The notes under the pieces are model-generated. The model was not told where the DNA came from. It did not search any database and worked only from the letters and a program-made list of their open reading frames with translations. From NCBI GenBank assembly GCA_964016885.1, contig OZ024743.1:170872001-170936000 (forward strand): a stretch of DNA of 64,000 bases, given 5' to 3'. Positions 28,681 to 43,800 of the stretch are shown here, piece after piece. The translations under genes were made by a program, and so were the position numbers. Source of the stretch: Eledone cirrhosa (lineage: Eukaryota). Within the stretch, counting starts at the first letter, position 1. Each line of letters opens with the position of its first letter.

Positions 28681-31600
28681 CCACAACTAATGTATGACCA
28701 CTGTATCAACACTGTAGTCACAACTACTGTAAGACCACTGTATCAACACCACAGAGTCACAACTACAGTAAGACCACTGTATCAACACCATAGTCACAAC
28801 TACTGTAAGACCACTGTATCAACACCACAGTCAAAACCACTGTAAGACCACTGTATCAACACCACAGCCACAACTACTGTAAGACCACTGTATCAACACC
28901 ACAGCCACAACTACTGTAAGACCACTGTATCAACACCACAGCCACAACTACTGTAAGACCACTGTATCAACACCATAGTTACAACTACTGTAAGACCACT
29001 GTATCAACACCACAGCCACAACTACTGTAAGAACACTGTATCAACACCACAGCCACAACTACTGTAAGACCACTGTATCAACACCATAGTCACAACTACT
29101 GTAAGACCACTGTATCAACACCATAATCACAACTACTGTAAGACCATTGTATCAACACCGTAGTCACAACTACTGTAAGACCACTATATCAACACCACAG
29201 TCACAACGGCTGTAAGACCACTGTATCAACACAATAGTCACAACTACTATAAGCCCACTGTATCAACACCATATTCACAACTACTGTAAGACCACTGTAT
29301 CAAGACCATAGTCACAACGTTAGTAATACCACTGTATAAACACCATAGTCACAGCCACTGTAAGACCACTGTATCAACACCACAGTCACAACTACTGTAA
29401 GAACACTGTATCAACACCACAGTCACAACTACAGTAAGACCACTGTATCAACACCATAGTCACAACTACTGTAAGACCACTGTATGAACACAATAGTCAT
29501 AACTACCGTAAGACCACTGTATCAACACCATAGTCATAACTACTGTAAGCCCACTGTATCAACACCATAGTCATAACTACTGTAAGACCACTGTATCAAC
29601 ACCATAGTCACAACTACTGTAATACCACTGTATCAACACCATAGTCATAACTACCGTAAGATCACTGTATCAACACCATAGTCATAAGCCACTGTATCAA
29701 CACCATATTCACAACTACTGTAAGACCACTGTATCAACACCACAGTCACGACTACTGTAAGACCACTGTATCAACACCACACTCACAACTACTGTAAGAC
29801 CACTGTATCAACACCACAGTCACAACTACTGTAAGACCAATTGTATCAACACCACAGTCACAACGTCTGTAAGACCACTGTATCAACACCATAGTCACAA
29901 CGTCTGTAATACCACTGTATCAACACCATAGTCACAACTACTGTAAGACCACTGTATCAACACCATAATCACAACTACTGTAAGACCACTGTATCAACAC
30001 CATAGTCACAACTATTGTAAGACCACTGTATCAACACCACAGCCACAACTAATGTAAGACCACTGTATCAACACTGTAGTCACAACTACTGTAAGACCAC
30101 TGTATCAACAGCACGGTCACAACTACAGTAAGACCACTGTATCAACACCATAGTCACAACTACTGTAAGACCACTGTATCAACACCATAGTCACAATTAC
30201 TGTAAGACCACTGTATGAACACCATAGTCATAACTACCGTAAGACCATTGTATCAACACCATAATCATAACTACTGTAAGCCCACTGTATCAACATCATA
30301 GTCATAACTACTGTAAAACCACTGTATCAACACTATAGTCACAACTACTGTAATACCACTGTATCAACACCATAGTCACAACTACTGTAATACCACTGTA
30401 TGAACACCACAGTCACAACTACAGTAAGACCACTGTATCAACACCACAGCCACAACTACTGTAAGACCACTGTATCAACACCACAGCCACGACTACTGTA
30501 AGACCACTGTATCAACACCACAGCCACAACTACTGTAAGAACACTGTATGAACACCATAGTCACAACTACCGTAAGACCATTGTATCAACACCATAATCA
30601 TAACTACTGTAAGACCACTGTATCAACACCATAGTCATAAGACCGCTGTATCAACACCATAGTCGCAACTACTGTAAGACCACTGTATCAACACCACAGT
30701 CAAAACCACTGTAAGACCACTGTATCAACACCACAGCCACAACTACTGTAAGAACACTGTATCAACACCACAGCCACAACTACTGTAAGACCACTGTATC
30801 AACACCACAGCCACAACTACTGTAAGACCACTGTATGAACACCATAGTCACAACTACTGTAAGACCACTGTATCAACACCATAGTCGCAACTACTGTAAG
30901 ACCACTGTATCAACACCACAGTCAAAACTACTGTAAGACCACTGTATCAACACCACAGCCACAACTACTGTAAGCCCACAGTATCAACACCACAGTCACA
31001 ACGTCTGTAAGACCACTGTATCAACACAATAGTCACAACTACTATAAGCCCACTGTATCAACACCATATTCACAACTACTGTAAGACCACTGTATCAAGA
31101 CCATAGTCACAACGTTAGTAATACCACTGTATAAACACCATAGTCACAATCACTGTAAGACCACTGTATCAACACCACAGCCACAACTACTGTAAGCCCA
31201 CAGTATCAACACCACAGTCACAACGTCTGTAAGACCACTGTATCAACACAATAGTCACAACTACTATAAGCCCACTGTATCAACACCATATTCACAACTA
31301 CTGTAAGACCACTGTATCAACACCACAGTCACAACTACAGTAAGACCACTGTATCAACACAATAGTCACAACTACTGTAAGACCACTGTATCAACACCAT
31401 AGTCACAACTACTGTAAGACCACTGTATGAACACAATAGTCATAACTACCGTAAGACCACTGTATCAACACCATAGTCATAACTACTGTAAGCCCACTGT
31501 ATCAACACCATAGTCATAACTACTGTAAGACCACTGTATCAACACCATAGTCACAACTACTGTAATACCACTGTATCAACACCATAGTCATAACTACCGT

Positions 31601-34600
31601 AAGATCACTGTATCAACACCATAGTCATAATCCACTGTATCAACACCATATTCACATCTACTGTAAGACCATTGTATCAACACCATAGTCATAAGTACTG
31701 TAAGACCAATGTATCAACACCACAGTCACAACTACAGTAAGACCACTGTATCAACACCATAGTCACAACTACTGTAAGACCACTGTATGAACACCATAGT
31801 CATAACTACCGTAAGACCACTGTATCAAAACCATAGTCATAACTACTGTAAGACCATTGTATCAACACTATAATCACAACTACTGTAAGTCCACTGTATC
31901 AACACCATAGTCATAACTTCCGTGAGACCACTGTATCAACACCATAGTCATAAGATACTGTATCAACACCATATTCACAACTACTGTAAGACCACTGTAT
32001 CAACATCATAGTCATAATTACTGTAAGACCACTGTATCAACACCATAGTCACAACTATTGTAAGACCACTGTATCAACACCACAGCCACAACTACTGTAA
32101 GAACACTGTATCAACACCACAGCCACAACTACTGTAAGACCACTGTATCAACACCACAGCCACAACTACTGTAAGACCACTGTATCAACTCCATAATCAC
32201 AACTACTGTAAGACCACTGTATCAACACCATAGTCATAACTATTGTAAGACCATTGTATCAACACCATAGTCACAACTACTGTAAGACCACTGTATCAAC
32301 ACCATAGTCATAACTTCCGTAAGACCACTGTACCAACACCATATTCATAAGACAACTGTATCAACACCATAGTCACAACTACTGTAAGACCACTGTATCA
32401 AAACCACAGTCACAACGACAGTAAGACCACTGTATCAACACCATAGTCACAACTACCGTAAAACTACTGCATCAAGACAACAGTCACAACGTCTGTAAGA
32501 CCACGGAATCAACACCATAGACACAACTACTGTAAGACCACTGTATCAACACCACAATCACAACTACTGTAAGCCCACTGTATCAACACCATATTCATAA
32601 CTATTGTAAGAGCATTGTGTCAATACCATAGTCACAACTACTGTAAGACCACTGTATCAACACCATAGTCATAACTTTCGTAAGACCACTGTATCAACAC
32701 CATAGTCATAAGACCTCTGGATCAACACCATAGTCACAACTACTGTAAGACCACTGTATCAACACCATAGTCATAACTACTGTAAGACCACTGTATCAAC
32801 ACCATAGTCACAACTATTGTAAGACCACGGTATCAACACCACAGTCACAACTACAGTAAGACCACTGTATCAACACCATAGTCACAACTACTGTAAGACC
32901 AATGTATCAACACCCTAGTCACAACTACTGTAAGACCATTGTATGAACAACATAGTCATAACTACCGTAAGACCACTGTATCAACACCACAGTCACAACT
33001 ACTGTAAGACCACTGTATCAACACAGCAGCCACAACTACTGTAAGACCACTGTATCAACACCACAGTCATAACTACTCTAAGACGACTGTATCAACACCG
33101 CAGCCACAACTACTGTAAACCACTGTATCAACACCATAATCACAACTACTGTAAGACCACGGTATCAACACCGTAGTCACAACTACTGTAAGACTACTGT
33201 ATCAAGACCACAGTCACAACGTCTGTAAGACCACGGAATCATCACCATAGACACAACTACTGTATCAACACCATAGTCATAACTATTGTAAGACCATTGT
33301 GTCAATACCATAGTCATAACTACTGTAAGACCACTGTATCAACACCACAGTCACAACTACTGTAAGAACACTGTATCAACACCATAGTCATAACTTCCTT
33401 AAGACCACTGTATCAACACCATAGTCATAAGACCACTGTATCAACACCATAGTCACAACTACTGTAAGAGCACTGTATCAACACCATAGTCATAACTACT
33501 GTAAGACCACTGTATCAACACCACAGCCACAACTAATGTATGACCACTGTATCAACACTGTAGTCACAACTACTGTAAGACCACTGTATCAACACCACAG
33601 AGTCACAACTACAGTAAGACCACTGTATCAACACCATAGTCACAACTACTGTAAGACCACTGTATCAACACCACAGTCAAAACCACTGTAAGACCACTGT
33701 ATCAACACCACAGCCACAACTACTGTAAGACCACTGTATCAACACCACAGCCACAACTACTGTAAGACCACTGTATCAACACCACAGCCACAACTACTGT
33801 AAGACCACTGTATCAACACCATAGTTACAACTACTGTAAGACCACTGTATCAACACCACAGCCACAACTACTGTAAGAACACTGTATCAACACCACAGCC
33901 ACAACTACTGTAAGACCACTGTATCAACACCATAGTCACAACTACTGTAAGACCACTGTATCAACACCATAATCACAACTACTGTAAGACCATTGTATCA
34001 ACACCGTAGTCAGAACTACTGTAAGACCACTATATCAACACCACAGTCACAACGTCTGTAAGACCACTGTATCAACACAATAGTCACAACTACTATAAGC
34101 CCACTGTATCAACACCATATTCACAACTACTGTAAGACCACTGTATCAAGACCATAGTCACAACGTTAGTAATACCACTGTATAAACACCATAGTCACAG
34201 CCACTGTAAGACCACTGTATCAACACCACAGTCACAACTACTGTAAGAACACTGTATCAACACCACAGTCACAACTACAGTAAGACCACTGTATGAACAC
34301 AATAGTCATAACTACCGTAAGACCACTGTATCAACACCATAGTCATAACTACTGTAAGCCCACTGTATCAACACCATAGTCATAACTACTGTAAGACCAC
34401 TGTATCAACACCATAGTCACAACTACTGTAATACCACTGTATCAACACCATAGTCATAACTACCGTAAGATCACTGTATCAACACCATAGTCATAAGCCA
34501 CTGTATCAACACCATATTCACAACTACTGTAAGACCACTGTATCAACACCACAGTCACGACTACTGTAAGACCACTGTATCAACACCACACTCACAACTA

Positions 34601-37600
34601 CTGTAAGACCACTGTATCAACACCACAGTCACAACTACTGTAAGACCAATTGTATCAACACCACAGTCACAACGTCTGTAAGACCACTGTATCAACACCA
34701 TAGTCACAACGTCTGTAATACCACTGTATCAACACCATAGTCACAACTACTGTAAGACCACTGTATCAACACCATAATCACAACTACTGTAAGACCACTG
34801 TATCAACACCATAGTCACAACTATTGTAAGACCACTGTATCAACACCACAGCCACAACTAATGTAAGACCACTGTATCAACACTGTAGTCACAACTACTG
34901 TAAGACCACTGTATCAACAGCACGGTCACAACTACAGTAAGACCACTGTATCAACACCATAGTCACAACTACTGTAAGACCACTGTATCAACACCATAGT
35001 CACAATTACTGTAAGACCACTGTATGAACACCATAGTCATAACTACCGTAAGACCATTGTATCAACACCATAATCATAACTACTGTAAGCCCACTGTATC
35101 AACATCATAGTCATAACTACTGTAAAACCACTGTATCAACACTATAGTCACAACTACTGTAATACCACTGTATCAACACCATAGTCACAACTACTGTAAT
35201 ACCACTGTATGAACACCACAGTCACAACTACAGTAAGACCACTGTATCAACACCACAGCCACAACTACTGTAAGACCACTGTATCAACACCACAGCCACG
35301 ACTACTGTAAGACCACTGTATCAACACCACAGCCACAACTACTGTAAGAACACTGTATGAACACCATAGTCACAACTACCGTAAGACCATTGTATCAACA
35401 CCATAATCATAACTACTGTAAGACCACTGTATCAACACCATAGTCATAAGACCGCTGTATCAACACCATAGTCGCAACTACTGTAAGACCACTGTATCAA
35501 CACCACAGTCAAAACCACTGTAAGACCACTGTATCAACACCACAGCCACAACTACTGTAAGAACACTGTATCAACACCACAGCCACAACTACTGTAAGAC
35601 CACTGTATCAACACCACAGCCACAACTACTGTAAGACCACTGTATGAACACCATAGTCACAACTACTGTAAGACCACTGTATCAACACCATAGTCGCAAC
35701 TACTGTAAGACCACTGTATCAACACCACAGTCAAAACTACTGTAAGACCACTGTATCAACACCACAGCCACAACTACTGTAAGCCCACAGTATCAACACC
35801 ACAGTCACAACGTCTGTAAGACCACTGTATCAACACAATAGTCACAACTACTATAAGCCCACTGTATCAACACCATATTCACAACTACTGTAAGACCACT
35901 GTATCAAGACCATAGTCACAACGTTAGTAATACCACTGTATAAACACCATAGTCACAATCACTGTAAGACCACTGTATCAACACCACAGCCACAACTACT
36001 GTAAGCCCACAGTATCAACACCACAGTCACAACGTCTGTAAGACCACTGTATCAACACAATAGTCACAACTACTATAAGCCCACTGTATCAACACCATAT
36101 TCACAACTACTGTAAGACCACTGTATCAACACCACAGTCACAACTACAGTAAGACCACTGTATCAACACAATAGTCACAACTACTGTAAGACCACTGTAT
36201 CAACACCATAGTCACAACTACTGTAAGACCACTGTATGAACACAATAGTCATAACTACCGTAAGACCACTGTATCAACACCATAGTCATAACTACTGTAA
36301 GCCCACTGTATCAACACCATAGTCATAACTACTGTAAGACCACTGTATCAACACCATAGTCACAACTACTGTAATACCACTGTATCAACACCATAGTCAT
36401 AACTACCGTAAGATCACTGTATCAACACCATAGTCATAATCCACTGTATCAACACCATATTCACATCTACTGTAAGACCATTGTATCAACACCATAGTCA
36501 TAAGTACTGTAAGACCAATGTATCAACACCACAGTCACAACTACAGTAAGACCACTGTATCAACACCATAGTCACAACTACTGTAAGACCACTGTATGAA
36601 CACCATAGTCATAACTACCGTAAGACCACTGTATCAAAACCATAGTCATAACTACTGTAAGACCATTGTATCAACACTATAATCACAACTACTGTAAGTC
36701 CACTGTATCAACACCATAGTCATAACTTCCGTGAGACCACTGTATCAACACCATAGTCATAAGATACTGTATCAACACCATATTCACAACTACTGTAAGA
36801 CCACTGTATCAACATCATAGTCATAATTACTGTAAGACCACTGTATCAACACCATAGTCACAACTATTGTAAGACCACTGTATCAACACCACAGCCACAA
36901 CTACTGTAAGAACACTGTATCAACACCACAGCCACAACTACTGTAAGACCACTGTATCAACACCACAGCCACAACTACTGTAAGACCACTGTATCAACTC
37001 CATAATCACAACTACTGTAAGACCACTGTATCAACACCATAGTCATAACTATTGTAAGACCATTGTATCAACACCATAGTCACAACTACTGTAAGACCAC
37101 TGTATCAACACCATAGTCATAACTTCCGTAAGACCACTGTACCAACACCATATTCATAAGACAACTGTATCAACACCATAGTCACAACTACTGTAAGACC
37201 ACTGTATCAAAACCACAGTCACAACGACAGTAAGACCACTGTATCAACACCATAGTCACAACTACCGTAAAACTACTGCATCAAGACAACAGTCACAACG
37301 TCTGTAAGACCACGGAATCAACACCATAGACACAACTACTGTAAGACCACTGTATCAACACCACAATCACAACTACTGTAAGCCCACTGTATCAACACCA
37401 TATTCATAACTATTGTAAGAGCATTGTGTCAATACCATAGTCACAACTACTGTAAGACCACTGTATCAACACCATAGTCATAACTTTCGTAAGACCACTG
37501 TATCAACACCATAGTCATAAGACCTCTGGATCAACACCATAGTCACAACTACTGTAAGACCACTGTATCAACACCATAGTCATAACTACTGTAAGACCAC

Positions 37601-37830
37601 TGTATCAACACCATAGTCACAACTATTGTAAGACCACGGTATCAACACCACAGTCACAACTACAGTAAGACCACTGTATCAACACCATAGTCACAACTAC
37701 TGTAAGACCAATGTATCAACACCCTAGTCACAACTACTGTAAGACCATTGTATGAACAACATAGTCATAACTACCGTAAGACCACTGTATCAACACCACA
37801 GTCACAACTACTGTAAGACCACTGTATCAA
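28131..37830. repeat. Near-identical tandem duplication, period 4846 bp then 4809 bp (one monomer lost)
   Basis: Offset 4846: ACACAGCAGCC at 28175/33021 and TGTATGACC at 28691/33537. Offset 4809: TACCAACACC at 32331/37140, AGACCTCTGG at 32711/37520 and CACCCTAG at 32911/37720. Confidence 0.92.
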
Positions 37831-40800
37831 CACCACAGCCACAACTACTGTAAGAACACTGTATCAACACCACAGCCACAACTACTGTAAGACCACTGTA
37901 TCAAACCACAGCCACTACTACTGTAAGACCACTGTATCAACTCCATAGTCACAACTACTGTAAGACCACTGTATCAACTCCATAATCACAAATACTGTAA
38001 GACCACTGTATCAACACCTTAGTCACAACTACTGTAAGACCACTGTATCAACACCATAGTCACAACTACTGTAATTCCACTGTATCAACACCACAGTCAC
38101 AACGTCTGTAAGACCACTGTATCAACACAATAGTCACAACAACTATAAGCCCACTGTATCAACACCATAGTCACAACTACTGTAAGACCAGTGTATCAAC
38201 ACCATAGTCACAACGTCTGTAATACCACTGTATCAACACCATAGTCACAACTACTGTCAGACCACTGTATCAACACCACAGTCACAATTACTGTAAGACC
38301 ACTGTATCAACACCACAGTCATAACTACTGTAAGACCACTTTATCCACACCATAGTCACAACTACTGTAAGACCACTTTATCCACACCATAGTCACAACT
38401 ACTGTAAGACCACTGTATCAACACCATAGTCACAACTACTGTAAGACCACTCTATCAACACCACAGTCACAACTACTGTAAGAGCAACTGTATCAACACC
38501 ACAGTCACAACGTCTGTAAGACCACTGTATCAACACAATAGTCACAACTAGTGTAAGCCTACTGTAGCAATACCATAGTCACAACTACTGTAAGACTACT
38601 GTATCAACACCATAGTCACAACGTCTGTAATACCACTGTATCAACACCATAGTCACAACTACTGTAAGACCACTGTATCAACACCATAGTCACAACTACT
38701 GTAAGACCACTGTATCAACACATTAATCACAACTACTGTAAGACCACTGTATCAACACCATAGTCACAACTACTGTAAGACCACTGTATCAACACATTAA
38801 TCACAACTACTGTAAGACCACTGTATCAACAACACAGCCACAACTAATGTAAACCACTGTATCAACACCATAGTTACAACTACTGTAAGACCACTGTATC
38901 AACACCACAGCCACAACTAATGTAAGACCAATGTATCAACACTGTAGTCACAACTACTGTAAGACCACTGTATCAACACCACAGTCACAACTACAGTAAG
39001 ACCACTGTATCAACACCATAGTCACAACTACTGTAAGACCACTGTATCAACACGATAGTCACAACTACTGTAAGACCACTGTATGAACACCATAGTCATA
39101 ACTACCGTAAGACCATTGTATCAACACCATAATCATAACTACTGTAAGCCCACTGTATCAACACCATAGTCATAACTACTGTAAGACCACTGTATCAACA
39201 CTATAGTCACAACTACTGTAATACCATTGTATCAACACCATAGTCACAACTACTGTAAGACCACTGTATGAACACCATAGTCATAACTACCGTAAGACCA
39301 TTGTATCAACACCATAATCATAACTACTGTAAGCCCACTGTATCAACACCATATTCATAACTACTGTAAGACCACTGTATCAACACTATAGTCACAACTA
39401 CTGTAATACCATTGTATCAACACCATAGTCACAACTACTGTAAGACCACTGTATGAACACCATAGTCATAACTACCGTAAGACCATTGTATCAACACCAT
39501 AATCATAACTACTGTAAGACCACTGTATCAACACCATATTCATAAAACCGCTGTATCAACACAGTAGTCACAACGTCTGTAAGACCACTGTATCAACACC
39601 ACAGTCACAACGTCTGTAAGACCACTGTATCAACACAATAGTCACAACGTTAGTAATACCACTGTATAAACACCATAGTCACAACCACTGTAAGACCACT
39701 GTATCAACACAATAGTCACAACTACTGTACGACCACTGTATCAAAACCATAGTCACAACGTTAGTAATACCACTGTATAAACACCATAGTCACAACCACT
39801 GTAAGACCACTGTATCAACACAATAGTCACAACTACTGTAAGACCACTGCATCAACACAATAGTCACAACTACTGTAAGACCACTGTATCAACACCACAG
39901 TCACAACTACTGTAAGACCACTGTATCAACACGACAGTCACAACTACAGTAAGACCACTGTATCAACACAATAGTCACAACTACTGTAAGACCACTGTAT
40001 CAACACCATAGTCACAACTACTGTAAGACCACTGTATCAACACCATAGTCATAATCCACTGTATCAACACCATATTCACATCTACTGTAAGACCATTGTA
40101 TCAACACCATAGTCATAAGTACTGTAAGACCAATGTATCAACACCACAGTCACAAATACAGTAAGACCACTGTATCAACACCATAGTCACAACTACTGTA
40201 AGACCACTGTATGAACACCTTAGTCATAACTACCGTAAGACCACTGTATCAAAACCATAGTCATAACTACTGTAAGACCACTGTATCAACACCATAATCA
40301 CAACTACTGTAAGTCCACTGTATCAACACCATAGTTAAAACTTCCGTAAGACCACTGTATCAACACCATAGTCATAAGATACTGTATCAACACCATAGTC
40401 ACAACTACTGTAAAACCACTGTATCAACATCATAGTCATAATTACTGTAAGACCACTGTATCAACACCATAGTCACAACTATTGTAAGACCCCTGTATCA
40501 ACACCACAGCCACAACTACTGTTAGAACACTGTATCAACACCACAGCCACAACTACTGTAAGACCACTGTATCAACACCACAGTCAAAACCACTGTAAGA
40601 CCACTGTATCAACACCACAGCCACAACTACTGTAAGAACACTGTATCGACACCACAGCCACAACTACTGTAAGACCACTGTATCAACACCACAGCCACAA
40701 CTACTGTCAGACCACTGTATGAACACCATAGTCACAACTACTGTAAGACCACTGTATCAACACCATAGTCGCAACTACTGTAAGACCACTGTATCAACAC

Positions 40801-43800
40801 CACAGTCAAAACTACTGTAAGACCACTGTATCAACACCACAGCCACAACTACTGTAAGACCACAGTATCAACACCACAGTCACAACGTCTGTAAGACCAC
40901 TGTATCAACACAATAGTCACAACTACTATAAGCCCACTGTATCAACACCATATTCACAACTACTGTAAGACCACTGTATCAAGACCATAGTCACAACGTT
41001 AGTAATACCACTGTATAAACACCATAGTCACAACCACTGTAAGAGCACTGTATCAACACCACAGTCACAACTACTGTAAGACCACTGTATCAACACCACA
41101 GTCACAACTACAGTAAGACCACTGTATCAACACAATAGTCACAACTACTGTAAGACCACTGTATCAACACCATAGTCACAACTACTGTAAGACCACTGTA
41201 TGAACACAATAGTCATAACTACCGTAAGACCACTGTATCAACACCATAGTCATAACTACTGTAAGCCCACTGTATCAACACCATAGTCATAACTACTGTA
41301 AGACCACTGTATCAACACCATAGTCACAACTACTGTAATACCACTGTATCAACACCATAGTCATAACTACCGTAAGATCACTGTATCAACACCATAGTCA
41401 TAATCCACTGTATCAACACCATATTCACATCTACTGTAAGACCATTGTATCAACACCATAGTCATAAGTACTGTAAGACCAATGTATCAACACCACAGTC
41501 ACAACTACAGTAAGACCACTGTATCAACACCATAGTCACAACTACTGTAAGACCACTGTATGAACACCATAGTCATAACTACCGTAAGACCACTGTATCA
41601 AAACCATAGTCATAACTACTGTAAGACCATTGTATCAACACCATAATCACAACTACTGTAAGTCCACTGTATCAACACCATAGTCATAACTTCCGTGAGA
41701 CCACTGTATCAACACCATAGTCATAAGATACTGTATCAACACCATATTCACAACTACTGTAAGACCACTGTATCAACATCATAGTCATAATTACTGTAAG
41801 ACCACTGTATCAACACCATAGTCACAACTATTGTAAGACCACTGTATCAACACCACAGCCACAACTACTGTAAGAACACTGTATCAACACCACAGCCACA
41901 ACTACTGTAAGACCACTGTATCAACACCACAGCCACAACTACTGTAAGACCACTGTATCAACTCCATAATCACAACTACTGTAAGACCACTGTATCAACA
42001 CCATAGTCATAACTATTGTAAGACCATTGTATCAACACCATAGTCACAACTACTGTAAGACCACTGTATCAACACCATAGTCATAACTTCCGTAAGACCA
42101 CTGTATCAACACCATATTCATAAGACAACTGTATCAACACCATAGTCACAACTACTGTAAGACCACTGTATCAAAACCACAGTCACAACGACAGTAAGAC
42201 CACTGTATCAACACCATAGTCACAACTACCGTAAGACTACTGCATCAAGACAACAGTCACAACGTCTGTAAGACCACGGAATCAACACCATAGATACAAC
42301 TACTGTAGGACCACTGTATCAACACCACAATCACAACTACTGTAAGCCCACTGTATCATCACCATATTCATAACTATTGTAAGAGCATTGTGTCAATACC
42401 ATAGTCACAACTACTGTAAGACCACTGTATCAACACCATAGTCATAACTTTCGTAAGACCACTGTATCAACACCATAGTCATAAGACCTCTGGATCAACA
42501 CCATAGTCACAACTACTGTAAGACCACTGTATCAACACCATAGTCATAACTACTGTAAGACCACTGTATCAACACCATAGTCACAACTATTGTAAGACCA
42601 CGGTATCAACACCACAGTCACAACTACAGTAAGACCACTGTATCAACACCATAGTCACAACTACTGTAAGACCAATGTATCAACACCCTAGTCACAACTA
42701 CTGTAAGACCACTGTATGAACACCATAGTCATAACTACCGTAAGACCACTGTATCAACACCACAGCCACAACTACTGTAAGAACACTGTATCAACACCAC
42801 AGCCACAACTACTGTAAGACCACTGTATCAACACCACAGCCACAACTACTGTAAGACCACTGTATCAACTCCATAATCACAACTACTGTAAGACCACTGT
42901 ATCAACACCATAGTCATAACTATTGTAAGACCATTGTATCAACACCATAGTCACAACTACTGTAAGACCACTGTATCAACACCATAGTCATAACTTCCGT
43001 AAGACCACTGTACCAACACCATATTCATAAGACAACTGTATCAACACCATAGTCACAACTACTGTAAGACCACTGTATCAAAACCACAGTCACAACGACA
43101 GTAAGACCACTGTATCAACACCATAGTCACAACTACCGTAAAACTACTGCATCAAGACAACAGTCACAACGTCTGTAAGACCACGGAATCAACACCATAG
43201 ACACAACTACTGTAAGACCACTGTATCAACACCACAATCACAACTACTGTAAGCCCACTGTATCAACACCATATTCATAACTATTGTAAGAGCATTGTGT
43301 CAATACCATAGTCACAACTACTGTAAGACCACTGTATCAACACCATAGTCATAACTTTCGTAAGACCACTGTATCAACACCATAGTCATAAGACCTCTGG
43401 ATCAACACCATAGTCACAACTACTGTAAGACCACTGTATCAACACCATAGTCATAACTACTGTAAGACCACTGTATCAACACCATAGTCACAACTATTGT
43501 AAGACCACGGTATCAACACCACAGTCACAACTACAGTAAGACCACTGTATCAACACCATAGTCACAACTACTGTAAGACCAATGTATCAACACCCTAGTC
43601 ACAACTACTGTAAGACCATTGTATGAACAACATAGTCATAACTACCGTAAGACCACTGTATCAACACCACAGTCACAACTACTGTAAGACCACTGTATCA
43701 ACACCACAGCCACAACTACTGTAAGAACACTGTATCAACACCACAGCCACAACTACTGTAAGACCACTGTATCAAACCACAGCCACTACTACTGTAAGAC

